Source: the human T2T-CHM13v2.0 reference genome, Homo sapiens. From it: a stretch of DNA of 64,000 nucleotides. Positions within the stretch are counted from its first letter, which is position 1. The number at the start of each line of letters is the position of its first letter. A program made the position numbers and the translations under genes. Below the pieces are notes generated by a model, which was not told where the DNA came from, searched no databases, and saw only the letters and a list, made by a program, of their open reading frames with translations. Below are positions 1-12,845 of the stretch, in pieces. Where the stretch lies: assembly GCF_009914755.1 (NCBI RefSeq), contig NC_060947.1; one strand, 5' to 3'.

Positions 1-69
1 ACAGTCCTAGAAAAGCAAAAGTCTAAAACAATTACCAAATGCTAGAATGTATTATAAGCTAACACTAGT

Positions 70-1030
70 TAAAATAGCAGAATTCTGATGCAAATAAAAA
101 AATCAGTAAATGGGACCTTGAGACCAGGGAAAAGCCCTAGTAAATGTAAGAATTGAATGTTTGATGTACAAAGCATAACTAAACAATGGGGAAAACACTC
201 ATTATTTAATAAATTCACGTGAGGTAACTGGTCATGGATATGGTGAGGAATTAACATAAGCTTTTATCTCTTACCATATATAACAATTCTTTCTACATAA
301 GCTAAAAACTTAAATATTTAAAGAAAAATTTAAAAACTAGAAGGAACAGACTAACCATGAGACTAGACTGTTTAAATCAACTATGGGGATTTTTTTAAGT
401 TTTGAAATAATAGAAAACATTACGAAGACTGGTCAGAGAGTACAACATAATACAACAATGTAAAATCAGGATCAAAACTGAGATTAAATGGTGGAAATGC
501 TTAGGACGGTCAGAGATAAATTAATATCATCTAAAGTGTATTCAGAAGTACTACAAATCTAGAAGATCCCCAAGATCCCAAGGGACAAATGGTCAAAGAA
601 CATCATCACGCTAAAAGAAATATATATAGTTCAAAGTAGGAAGCACCATTTGATACTAATTCAATTGCCCAAACTAACAGTTTACAAAACCCAATACTAT
701 ACAGGCTCTGGAAGAAAAGACTTATTCAAGTTGCTAATAGCATTGCAAAAAGAGTCAAGAATTATAAAAATGTTCACAGTCTTGGACCCAGGGAGTCTAA
801 TCCTGCAAATTATCCTAAACCAATAATTCAAATGAAGAAAAAAAGCAACCTTAGTTTGAACACAAAAATAATCCTTAAAATAACCTAAATATTAAAAAAT
901 AATAGAATGCTTAAGCTATTTACTATATACTAATTCAATAAAATTATTTGAATTCTGTAATAAAAAACCCAGAAAATTGCATAAAATAATATTAGTAAAA
1001 GATTAAAATGCAAAATTATATTTTTCACTT
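70..1030 (+). mobile_element. Highly diverged L1 (L1ME-like), ORF2 3' part/3' region
   Basis: Degenerate match to the L1 ORF2 end (caatggggaaaacactcattatttaataaa...ttttatctcttaccatatataacaa...aaacttaaatat); A-rich plus strand. Confidence 0.6.
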
Positions 1031-1951
1031 TGATTGCATCCAGGCATATTCATTTGCTTTTTTAAAAAGTTAAAAGGGGATATTATTTTATTTATTTTAT
1101 TATTTTGGCATTCTGTCTAACAAAACATTACTGAATTGGAGAAATAAATAATTCAATGGGAGAATCAGACCTCTATTTCAAATGAACTATTTCTATTTAT
1201 TTCACCTCGTGCCATTTCTTTTTCTCTTCCTCTGCATCTATCAACATCTGTTATTTTACCCTCTATGAATATTTTTTCTGGCACTTTGTCTCTTTCTTCA
1301 TTTCTCCCTATTCAAACTGTATTTCTTTTTTTCTTTTATCACCTCTTTTTCTACACCTTTTTTCCCCCTTTTATCCTTCTTAGCTTTTTTTTCTGCCTCT
1401 GTTCTTGGAATGGTTAAAATGTGGAACAGGAATGTATTTTATTTGTTTTATCTGTTGAATAAAACATTGCTTTTGTTCATTTTTAAAGTGAATGAGCTGA
1501 ATTCATTATTTTTAAATTCTGTTATAAAGGGCACTCAAATTGAATTCTCTTTTAATTATTTATGCATGGGCAAGGCCAAATCAAAAGCTTCTTCAAGGCC
1601 CTAAACTATGTCAAGTGGAAAGTACTACATATCAAAATTCCATTAGATTTATCATCACAGGAAGAACAATGAACACAAACATGAAAGATTTATATTTGTA
1701 TGTACGGGAAACTCTGCTATGCCAATTTTTGAGTTTTCAACTATCTACCTCTTAATTATGCTAAAACATGCTTTTAACTCTCATGAGATATGTTGATGCA
1801 ATAATTATCATCTCGTATTTTGCATTCAAGATATTGTGAATGTAGTATCAGTATGAATGGGTGCCTTTAATCATGGAACCTGAGATGAAACTGAATGGCA
1901 ATGCACAAATGCAGAGAACGGGCAAGAAGCTAAAAAATAGCTATTGGTGGT

Positions 1952-2106
1952 ACAGTGACCTTGGGCAAGTTATTCTCTCTCAGCTTCCTCACAAATAAAA
2001 TGAAGATAATACTAGTACCTTTTTGAAGTATATATTGTAGGATTAATATATGGCAAGGTTTTGAAAGCATTTAACACAGTACCTAACACACAGTAAGTGA
2101 TCCATT
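1952..2106 (+). mobile_element. MIR SINE fragment
   Basis: gtgaccttgggcaagtta...cagcttcctca...aaaatgaagataata...acagtacctaacacacagtaagtg matches the MIR core and 3' part. Confidence 0.8.
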
Positions 2107-2607
2107 AGTGAGAGAATGTGGAAGGTATTGCAGCTTTGGAGGCATAGTGTGCACGTTAGCTTGAGAAGAGATTGGCTTACCTCTAGTCATACTGGAAGGT
2201 TAGTTTGGAGAATCATCCTTTTACTTTTAGAAAATAGGATTAGTCACACTTCAGCTGTTCTTTGTCAAAGTTACAGAGCAACCCCCAGGGCTGAGCATTC
2301 CTTCCTTTTTTGGGATAGAATGGAGTGGGAGAAGGAGGGCTTGAGAGGCAGTCCTTTGTCAACCTTGTGCAGCATAGAAGGGAAGAGGGTGATATCAACC
2401 TCAGAGTAGCTTAAGCTCCTATGAGCAAGGTCAGAGTGCCAGGTCAGTGGCCTGTTTCTGCTCGGCCAAACATGGGGCATGGCTGCAATACCCCCACTGT
2501 GGGATTACAGTGTGTGCCTTAATGATGAGTCTCTATGAGCCAATTGTGTCTGATCTATCTGCTGATTCTATGAAGGAAAAGGAGACTTGAGCCTGAGACA
2601 CTGATAG

Positions 2608-2830
2608 AGATAGGGTAGTGATTAAGGGCATAGATCCTGGAGCTACACTTCATGAGTTCACTTGGTAGCAGTGTGACCTTGAACAACTTACTTACGCTCT
2701 CTATGCCTCAGTTCTTTGTTCAAAAAGTGAGATAATGATAGTATTTGCTTCATGGCGTTTGCAGTGGGAATTAAATGAGATCACATATGTCAAGCACTTA
2801 GAATGCTGGCTACCAGATCATGAGTACTGC
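2608..2830 (+). mobile_element. MIR SINE
   Basis: gtgtgaccttgaacaacttactta...tgcctcagtt...attaaatgagatcacatatgtcaagcacttagaa. Confidence 0.8.
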
Positions 2831-3748
2831 CTATTTTTATCCAGGTACAAATAGCCCATTCCTCAGCTTCTCTTGCGATCAGGAGAATTTTCTTCATGAG
2901 TCCAAGAAAACGCATTCCAAATACAAAAAAACAGGAGGATCATGTGTTTTCTCTTTGATCCAAACTTGGTTGAGGCATAGTAAAAGCCATAAGACAGTGA
3001 AGTGCCTTTGGCACCAGAAAGATTTTGCAAACGGCCATAGAAACCAGACCGAGGCTAATCCTGAAAGCCTGGGTCATGCGGGGGCACTCTCTTCCTCTCT
3101 AGGTTGCAATGAGACCTAAAATTTCCTGCCATCATGCCTTAATGTCCTCAAAAAACCCCTCTCAAAATGAACAAATTACCTGGGAAGAATAACACATCAA
3201 CCTGTTAGCTGGATGAACACTTTAGCAGAGATTACTTTTATCAGATTACTTAGCTTCTGGAAGTTGGACCCTGAAACCAGCAGATGAAGGATGGCTAAAT
3301 GATGCTGGGAGGGAAATAAGAGGGAAAGAGCATTGGGAAGCAGCCTAAGGGCTACTGGGTACTAAAGCTGGGCAAAGCCAGGGGCTGCACGGTCTTCTGG
3401 ATGGAGCATAGAGCTTCCTCAGCCCTACTGTCTTCCCTACTCCCTTTGTCCTGTATTGTTTTTCATTTCCCTATTTTCATGTGTATCATACACCACCTAA
3501 CACAGGGCCAGAAACACAATCAACAGATATGTATTAAGTACCTACTGAGTGAATAAGTGCCTACAGAGACAGATGCCTCCACATCCCTCCCCAAGACAGG
3601 ACAGGGATGTCCTGTGTGGAACACAGCTAGGTCTGGCTCAGTAACTACTGACTAGAAGGGGCTATAATTTAGAGGTTGGCCCGCTCCATAGGGTGAGGTA
3701 GGCACCTGTGGCTGGGAACTTAACATGTATTAAGAAAGCACTCACAAA

Positions 3749-3931
3749 TACCTAGAAGGAGGATATTGAATGTCCCCAACACAAGTAAATGATAAATGTT
3801 CAAGATGATGAATATGCTAATTACCCTGATCCGATCCTGTACAATATGTGTATTGAAACATCACTATGTACCCCAGAAATAGTTAAAATTGTTATAAGTC
3901 AATTAACAAATAAAAGAAAAGAAAAAAAAAC
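3749..3931 (+). mobile_element. 5'-truncated L1MA4-like 3' UTR with poly(A) and TSD
   Basis: gaatgtccccaacacaagtaaatgataaatg...ctaattaccctgat...atgtacccc, then A-tail; TSD aaagcactcacaaa (3735-3748) / aaagtactcacaaa (3932-3945). Confidence 0.85.
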
Positions 3932-3933
3932 AA

Positions 3934-4026
3934 AGTACTCACAAAATGGCTGGAGCATAGTCATAGGCACTACAGAAGCAAGGATAGGAGATCTGAGCAG
4001 AGAGGCAGCATATAGTATTCAAGAAA
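3934..4026 (+). repeat. Local ~90-bp direct duplication, copy 1
   Basis: aaatggctggagcatagtcat...agatctgagcagagaggcagcatatagtattcaagaaa recurs at 4870-4959. Confidence 0.95.
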
Positions 4027-4111
4027 ATAGCAAGACAGGACCGATTCCAAGAACCAGGAGAAAGCTGAGTTTTCAAGAGAAAGGAAAAAAAAAAGAAAGA
4101 GGAAAAACAGC

Positions 4112-4575
4112 TTTTTTATCCAGTGCCTTCGTTGTACCAGGCACTTTCACTGACCTTATCACATGTACTCTTCACAACAGGACCCAAATGAATTATTGCC
4201 TCTATTTGTTCAATAAATGGAAAACTAATAGAAAAGCTGTGAAATTTGCAGCATAGTATAGTAGCTAAGTGTAGACTTAGCTGCCTGGGTTTGGCTCCTG
4301 CTCTGTCACTTACTAGCTGTGTGATCCTGGGCAAGTTAGTTAACCTCTCTGTTCCTTAGTTTCCTCTTAGAGGAAAATGAGGATAATAATAGTACCTGCT
4401 TTATAGAATTATTATAAAGCTTAAGTGAGTTACTATTTACAAAGCACTTAGAACAGTGCCTGCCACATATGGAGTGTTGTATAAGTGTGTGGTAAATAAA
4501 ATAATCTTCCCAAGGTTATACAGCCATTATGAGAAGGAGGCAGGACTTGAGCCCAGGTCCAAATGCTTCAGTCCT
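4112..4575 (-). mobile_element. Old MIR, split by an oppositely oriented MIR
   Basis: 4112-4247 (ccaggcactt...cttcacaac...gaaaact...gtgaaatttg) continues at 4506-4575 (cttcccaaggttatacagc...ggcaggacttgagcccaggtc) as one antisense MIR. Confidence 0.65.
4248..4505 (+). mobile_element. Near full-length MIR
   Basis: ctctgtcacttactagctgtgtgatcctgggcaagttagttaacctctctg...aaagcacttagaacagtgcctg. Confidence 0.9.
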
Positions 4576-4869
4576 AGCACAATTCCTACCTCCTCCATAA
4601 ACCTCAAGTTTGACTTCTCTTCAAGGACTCGTTGAAGTCCTGTATCCCCCAGGAAACTTACCCAGTCCACGCCTACTTTGATTCCCTGCTTCATATCCAG
4701 TTTCAGATTGCCTGCCTAATGATTTGAATTCTTCCTGCACATTATCTTGTTTTTCAAACTAGTTCATACACCTATTCTTGAGGAGTTCACTTGCTTATTT
4801 TCACCTTCCAAAGTACCTAGCATTTCTTCTGTGTATTGAGTTCAAACACTGAGTGGTCTTAAAGTTTTG

Positions 4870-4959
4870 AGTACTTGCTAAATGGCTGGAGCATAGTCAT
4901 GGGCACTGCAGAAGCAAGGGTAGATCTGAGCAGAGAGGCAGCATATAGTATTCAAGAAA
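4870..4959 (+). repeat. Local ~90-bp direct duplication, copy 2
   Basis: About 6 substitutions and one 3-bp indel relative to 3934-4026. Confidence 0.95.
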
Positions 4960-5164
4960 GAAATGTATATGGCAGGGCATAGAGTTCTGGAATCATTTGG
5001 TCTTATGTACTCACATTTTCCACATCTGCCCATGCATTTTAACAGTTTTTTGTTTCATACCTAACCAATGGCTGAAAGAAATAGACATTCTGGTTTTTAA
5101 CTCATTCTATATAAAGTTTTAGTATGGTTTTTGTATTTTTTAAACAATTCTCTCAGCTACCATC

Positions 5165-5930
5165 TTTTTTTTATTTTATTATTATTATACTTTAAGTTTT
5201 AGGGTACATGTGCACAATGTGCAGGTTAGTTACATATGTATACATGTGCCATGCTGGTGCGCTGCACCCATTAACTCGTCATTTAGCATTAGGTATATCT
5301 CCTAAAGCTATCCCTCCCCCCTCCCCCCACCCCACAACAGTCACCAGAGTGTGATGTTCCCCTTCCTGTGTCCATGTGTTCTCATTGTTCAATTCCCACC
5401 TATGAGTGAGAACATGCGGTGTTTGGTTTTTTGTTCTTGCAATAGTTTACTGAGAATGATGATTTCCAATTTCATCCATGTCCCTACAAAGGACATGAAC
5501 TCATCATTTTTTATGGCTGCATAGTATTCCATGGTGTATATGTGCCACATTTTCTTAATCCAGTCTATCATTGTTGGACATTTGGGTTGATTCCGAGTCT
5601 TTGCTATTGTGAATAGTGCCACAATAAACATACGTGTGCATGTGTCTTTATAGCAGCATGAGTTATAGTCCTTTGGGTATATACCCAGTAATGGGATGGC
5701 TGGGTCAAATGGTATTTCTAGTTCTAGATCCCTGAGGAATCGCCACACTGACTTCCACAATGGTTGAACTAGTTTACAGTCCCACCAACAGTGTAAAAGT
5801 GTTCCTATTTCTCCACATCCTCTCCGGCACCTGTTGTTTCCTGGCTTTTTAATGATCACCATTCTAACTGGTGTGAGATGGTATCTCATTGTGGTTTTGA
5901 TTTGCATTTCTCTGATGGCCAGTGATGGTG
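5165..5930 (-). mobile_element. 5'-truncated young L1 (L1PA3-like): ORF2 C-terminus + 3' UTR + poly(A)
   Basis: ORF 5389-5907 is the L1 ORF2p C-terminus (HLTPVRM...[13 protein letters not shown]...FSLIGGN); TSD tcagctaccatc at 5153-5164 and 5931-5942; 3' UTR lacks the L1HS-Ta ACA diagnostic. Confidence 0.97.
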
Positions 5931-6944
5931 TCAGCTACCATCGTTTTAAAGCATTTGCTGAAGCACAGTTAATAAAAGAAAGAGAAACAAAGACAGAGAC
6001 TGAGAAACAGAGAAATAACATGGCACCACCAACGTTCCCATAAAAACATAATTTTCTATGTTATCCCTTCCCAGGCATATGGCACTGAGTCATAATAAAT
6101 AACAGTAATGGAAAATGGCCAAATATACATTGGTATACTGGAGCTAAGTACAAAAGGAGATATAGAGTTATTTTTAAGATACACTCTATTTCTAAAATGC
6201 TTTCAAGCCTTAAATACACTGAACAGTCATATCTTTAAAGGGAAAGAATTGTACATAAGTTCTAAAAACACTTGCTGAGATAGTAAATGAATGTGCTCAA
6301 TTTCCCTGATCAGAGCCTTTCATTCCAATTTGATGTAAGCCATAAATGAAATGACTTGGCTGATTATAAGTCAGTTCCCCATGAACATTTGTTTACATCT
6401 GAAAGCCACTACACATAATTGCTGTCTCTGCTCAGGGGAGGTCCAGCTGGGATTACAAGAACTGTTGCAAGGTTCTACTGAGGTGTCATCACCAGTTACG
6501 GCATGAACCTGGCACTGCATGTCCACACTCTGTCTGCTTTGGCAATTGGATCCATCAGTCTTCCTCCTTCACACAGCTAAAATTAGCTAGAAGACAGCAG
6601 AAGTCTTGGGAAGGAAAACATGGGGCTGTAAATAACATTCAGACCCCAAGTCTGCTTTGCTCCTGAGAGATAGCGTGTAATTATACCTTAGTTACTATGT
6701 TCTTCCAAAAGCCAGTAATAGTACATTTTCATTGATGAAGAGAAGGGTGAGGTTGAGGATAAGGCAGGATAACGGGCATACCGTAAACATTGATTTCTCT
6801 GAAAAAATGGAAATTGACAATTTGCCTTAATCATTTTCTTTTGAAGAAAAAAAAAATGGGTCTACTCAATTTGTATAATAATGGGAAGTAAATGTGTAAA
6901 CCGCTTCTTCCCTTTATTAACAAATTCAAATTTAAAATAAACCA

Positions 6945-7080
6945 GTTTAACATCTGTATGTACATTGGGGAAAATAATGGTATCTACCTCAAAAGGTAGT
7001 TATGAAGATGAATGAATTTAGAACTTTTATAAGTTTTAGAACAGTGTAACACTATATGTTTTCCAAATAAATGAATAAAG
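6945..7080 (+). mobile_element. MIR 3' fragment
   Basis: catctgta...ggggaaaataatggtatctacctcaaaaggtagttatgaagatgaatga...ttagaacagtg. Confidence 0.6.
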
Positions 7081-8226
7081 CCTAAGAAGAAAAAAGTCTA
7101 TTAACATTATTATAATCTTTCATTTTGTGTAGCTAACATTCCCATTTAAATGACAGCATGTAAAAATTTTGTAGTACAATATTCCTTTGCATATTTTACA
7201 CATAGCACACATTTACTTTCTGATTGTAATGGGACCCAAAAGAAGTTAAATCCTAGCTTGAGAGTCAGTATCATTGCCTCTAGCATTACCAATTTATTGC
7301 ATATTCTTAGATAACTCATCCATCATCTTACTCCCTCTGATATACATATCTTAACTCAAAAAGGGTTATAGGCCTCTATCACAAATATACTTAAAATGAT
7401 CAAGGAAAGAGGTGAGATCATAATTCCTTACCCTTGTCTTTACTGTTAACAAATAATAATAAAGACAGATTGCCAGATTTGGTCTGTTGTTACTGTTTCT
7501 CTTCATGTTCAAATCTTATCAAATAAAACCCTCTGATTACGACTTAATAAAGAAGTCCCTTGAAGGTGGTCATGTAAGTAACTGCAGTAACATTTCCAGA
7601 AGGTGGACTCATTAGAAAATGAGATTCAGATTAATGGGGGAGAAGGGGAGATTCTTCTTTCTTTATGCAATAAAACTGCTCACTGGCGAGGCTGCCCCAG
7701 CAGTGTGGACTTCCCTTCACTCCTGAATGAGGATAACACATGTGCTAACTGATCTAACCTCTTAGTTACGGATGATTAGAAATACAGCCTTTTACCAACC
7801 CCAAGACGTCACTCTTGTAGACAAAGCATCAGTCCTGGTAACAACCCACTAGGAAAAAGTCTCATGAGGACCCAAAGTCCAGGCTGTTTTGGGTGGTTCT
7901 GGCTGAGCAGAATAAGCCAGAGGAGGAGGGAAAGGAAGGGAACACTAAATCTTTCTAATCATTCTCTCTAACCTCCCTTGTCCCATAGGAGAATGTAATT
8001 TTGTTTCTGTGGAATTCTTTAAGTAAATGGTTCAGGCTTCCTTTGCCATTTATGGGGGCAAGACTGGCCTGTTATTGCTGTACTGAGGTGTGATACTAAG
8101 GCCTTTATAGCAATGGCAAGGTGGTATGCAATTCTGCCTCCCACACAGACTTTAGGCAGCTCACTTTCCCTCTGCAGGCCTCATTGTCTTCATCAGTAAT
8201 GATACCTGGTCTGTGAATTATTATGA

Positions 8227-8780
<554 letters not shown>

Positions 8781-9637
8781 GAGTTGGACTAGATATCTTC
8801 TGAGACTTCTAAACTACAGGCTGGAGCAGTACTTTTCCATCCCAATTCAAATCACAGTTTGTATAGGTTCAGGCACAGATAACAGAATGATTCAGAAGAA
8901 CTGGAGAAATTATAGACGAGTGGTTTAAATGTCTTGTATTTTGTACACTCCCTCCCCCAATTTTTACTCATCTTTGTCTTCTTCATCCTATGATGAGACC
9001 TATTTTCCTCTTTTCTAAGGCAAAAAAAAAAAAAAAAAAATTGACATTTGCATTTCTCCACCAGCCTGTGTCACTGTTTATTATAAAAATAATTCTTTTC
9101 AGCTCATTAAAAACAGCTCATATATGATACGGTATTTCCTTGGTAAATACAACCCTTTTTATACAAACCTGCATCCTTTCCCTCAGATGCACTCAAATTG
9201 ATTGTATGCCATGACCAGCCAGTCTTAGCCACAGAGTCCCCTCTTTCCACAATCATTGATGGCTGCAATTAGCATATGTGAAGTACTGCTAGGCAACTTC
9301 AGCATCTTTCCCCATGTGTCTGAAGACTTAGGCAGGCAGCTTTGGAGTGCAGGCCTTCTTGTCAGTGTAGGATTCCCCAGATTGCACATGCAGTTGCAAC
9401 TTCTGCCAGTTGCTTGAAGGTTCTGATTGCCTGAGTGACAGTTAAATGGGAGTGTGACTATAATACTGCTTAGACCCTTACATTTTACATAGGTCAGAGA
9501 AAAAAGCAACTTTAAAAAATGGAGTGTACTTAAGTAGTACATTTTTCAAAATTGTCATTGTTTTTTCTTTCTGCTATTCTGTGAAATATAAAAGGGCCAA
9601 CATTCACATATGAATAATGCAGGTGCTTCACTAAATA

Positions 9638-9681
9638 GGAAAGGGGAGGGAGAGTGAGAGAGAGAAAGAGAGAGAGAGATA
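9638..9681. repeat. (GA)n-rich purine tract
   Basis: ggaaaggggagggagagtgagagagagaaagagagagagagat. Confidence 0.8.
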
Positions 9682-12297
9682 AGGGGCACATAAGAAGGGA
9701 AATATGGAAATATGGAAGCACTGTTGTTTTCTCTCAATAGTGCTTCTATGAAACAATGTTTCTAATGGACCTAGGAAGGCAGACCAAGGAGGAGAGTATA
9801 AAGAAAGGCAGTGTAATTAAAACCGATGGTTCATAACAATGTGTAATGAATGATAAGGCTTAGATCAAAGTCCAAAAGGAACAGTCCAGCCTTGGCTGTA
9901 AAAATCAAAAGTCAAAATATGCATTAAGTGTCGCCCTCTGTAGCCAGCACCATTCCTCTGCCGGTGCTCCCTGTCTCTAAAGGAAGCATATGCCACAGCA
10001 GCAAACTCTATTCACAAGTGAACATTCTTAAAGAATTACTTGTGTGCTCCTCTACTGCATAATGGTCCAAGGACAGAACCCCCTGGCTGTGCCATTGCAC
10101 AATGCAATGGAAAAATTCAAAGCTGGCAGCCCTGTGTTTGTAGCTTCCAAGAATCCTAACCAAGGTCAATTACCAGATACTTGCTCTTTCCAGACAAAGC
10201 ATTACAATGAGAAGCATCAGGGTCTTTTCACAGGAGTATAAAAATTTGGCTAAACATTGGGAAGGCAATGAAAGTTTTCCTACTCTTCTTTCCACTTGTG
10301 CTATGCAGTGTGCTGTGTGGAAGTGGGCTGCATGCTCTGCCACCAAGAGTTGGCTGCATTTCAGTGGCAAAGAAGAAAGGCACCACAGAACTGTGATTAT
10401 TTCTTAACACTCCTGAGGATGATTTCTCCTGAATCCTATTATGTATTTTTCAGCATGCTTCAGTTATGGGATCCTTGTCTTAAGTCCCTTTAACATTGTG
10501 ACCTCCCAGAATTAAAAGGATGTTGAATGCCACTGATTACATTTGTTTCTCAATCCTAACCTGAGTCACAGTTCCTTTCAGAGCAGTAAAACCCACATGC
10601 ATCCAAGCTCTTTACATTTGAAAGATTTGGAATAAGTTATCTAGATTTTAGGATTCCTCAATCCAATCAACAGAGGCAATTCTCTTCACTAAGATGGTTC
10701 CTACATCAGCAGGACACCCAAATCATTCTTCACTTTGATTCTAGGGTGATGCCTACTGAGGGCCTGAAGGGAACAAGTGTGATTTAAGCGAGGCCTAGGG
10801 TTTTTTAAAATAAGTGACTCCTGCTAAGTGCTTCAAGGCTTTGTTTTACAGAAGGTGAGGTCAGTGAAAGTGAAGTTATACTTAAATCATTAGGGAACAA
10901 GCTGATCTACTGTGTAATGACCACTGCCTGCCTAAAATGCAATGAGACTACTTTGAAGGAAACTCTCAACACTTGAAACATCCAAGTGACCTTTGTCTTT
11001 CAAAAGTAGACTTTTCACTGCCAGTACTTCACATTTTGGAACTCCTCTTGGGGAAATGTCTTTAGAGCCAGTATCTGAGTCGTAAAAGAAAAGCACAGTC
11101 ATTTCTTCAGATCCACACCTAGTCAGTGAACACAAACAGCATTGTTCAGTTTGATCCAATGTCGCCCCCCTACTGCATTAGACTTCGCTTCCAGGGAAGG
11201 TGTCCTTTCCAAAAATTAAACCCACTCTCAGGAGACTGAACTTTTGCACCACTGAGAGTCATAAGAATGGGCTCAGAAGATAGTTTCCAAAGAGGAGGGT
11301 CGTTAACCAAACTGAAGTAAGTGTATAGCCCTAAAAGGGACAGCACTAATTTATATTTAAATTATGAAATGTTATTTAAATATTGTGTGTATGGGGGGAG
11401 AAAATTTAGTTTAAAGTGGATTAAAAAATCTAGGCTTCCCCATTTCTAACAATGGGGATTACAAACTCTGACTTCGAAAGGCTGTTGTGATAAACAGTCG
11501 AGATATGTGGATATCTTTTGTAGACCCCGAGGTGCACATTCAAGAATAAGGTGTATGTGTATGTACGTAAACAAATATAGGAATTTGTACACATCTACAC
11601 ACTACATAAAACTAGTGCTTTAAATTCCCATCTTTTAATCTATAAGGAAAACATGAAGAAGATTTGAAGAGGATGGAGATAAAAGGAATGAACAGTTGAG
11701 CTTAGATTACAAGAGTAGAAAGGTGAACACAGATTTAAAAGCAGAATGTAGTGGCTTGAATTTTACTAATGTTTCACTTTTCCCTATCTTAATACCAAAT
11801 GATCCTACTAGAAAAGGTTAAACCCTCAAAGATTGGACCACATTTAAACCCAACAAAGGAAGAACCATTTTTCTAATTACTCTAAATTAACTTAATATTT
11901 GTTATTCTTTTTATACCGGTATTTCAACACAAAACACACTTATCAAAGGAAAGCTAAGTGAATTAATTGGGAAGCTTAATTTGAGTTCACTTGAACAAAA
12001 TTTTACTGGATGGATTTCTTTTTAGAAATGTAATACTTGATGCCACTCAAGACCCTCAAAATAAAAAGCTAAATACAGAATTTCTCACAGACCCTGAGTA
12101 AGTGATTAGTCTTAACACTTTTCCATTCAAAATTACATACTTAGAGAGTCACAAGGTTTTTTCTCATTTAAAGTCAACTCCCAGTTATTGATAATAGATA
12201 AAAACCTCAATTAATTGGAACTCAACCAACTAGAAGTCTCATCTTACTGGAATGTTGTTGTCATTACCCTTCAGAGAGAAGAAAATAACAATAAAGT

Positions 12298-12442
12298 GGC
12301 GGGGCACGGTAGCTCACGCCTGTAATCGCAGCACTTTGGGAGGCAAGGTGGGCGGATCATTTGAGGTCAGGAGTTTGAGACCAGCCTGGCCAAAACCCCG
12401 TCTCTACTAAAAACAAACAAACAAACAAAACCAAAAACAAAA
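12298..12442 (+). mobile_element. Alu left monomer only, with (AAAC)n tail
   Basis: ggcggggcacggtagctcacgcctgtaatc...gagaccagcctggccaaaaccccgtctctactaaaaac, then an A-rich tail. Confidence 0.9.
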
Positions 12443-12654
12443 TGCGTGAAAGTCAGCCAATTTGGTGTGTCTTAGTTTCCCAATAAGCCCAGTTTTCTGC
12501 AATTTTCCTGTGATAGCTATATAAAGAAATAGGGAAAAGAATAAAGATTTATGAGGCACTTTCCACATGTCCATCTCTTTTTGATCGGGCCCCAGCTAAT
12601 GTTTTACACCCTATTCCTTCATATGTCTTCCATTCCAGCCATTCTAGATATCTG

Positions 12655-12845
12655 TCATTTTGTTTAATCCTGACAACAATCATGTAAAAGTTGTAATATA
12701 TTTTAATTCTATAGATGACAAAATGGAAGATTAGTGATGTTAAATTGTCCAAGGACATGAAGTTAAGTCACTTGTCCAAGGTCACATGGTGGTAATGGGA
12801 CTGGTATTTGGATCCAGACCAGTTTGACACCAAAGCCTGTATTTG
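12655..12845 (-). mobile_element. MIR with a small internal duplication
   Basis: tttaatcctgacaacaatc...tatagatga...aagtcacttgtccaaggtcacatgg; ttgtccaagg occurs twice. Confidence 0.8.

Noticed and set aside
3789-4256. 155-aa plus-strand ORF
   Set aside because: It runs through an L1 3' UTR, its A-tail, the duplicated segment and a MIR, so it is a chance chimera.
5389-5907. 172-aa ORF as a host gene
   Set aside because: It is the L1 ORF2p C-terminus inside a 5'-truncated, TSD-flanked insertion with no promoter.
6436-6666. Stop-free frame after a weak acceptor (ctctgctcag)
   Set aside because: No ATG, no recognisable homology and no convincing donor site; this length is expected by chance.
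9482-9690. Minus-strand exon after a long pyrimidine tract
   Set aside because: The tract is a (GA)n microsatellite, and the implied exon has no coding or other support.
11161-11177. CTCF-like motifs here and at ~9930 and ~59294
   Set aside because: Each has a spacing error or mismatches at core positions.
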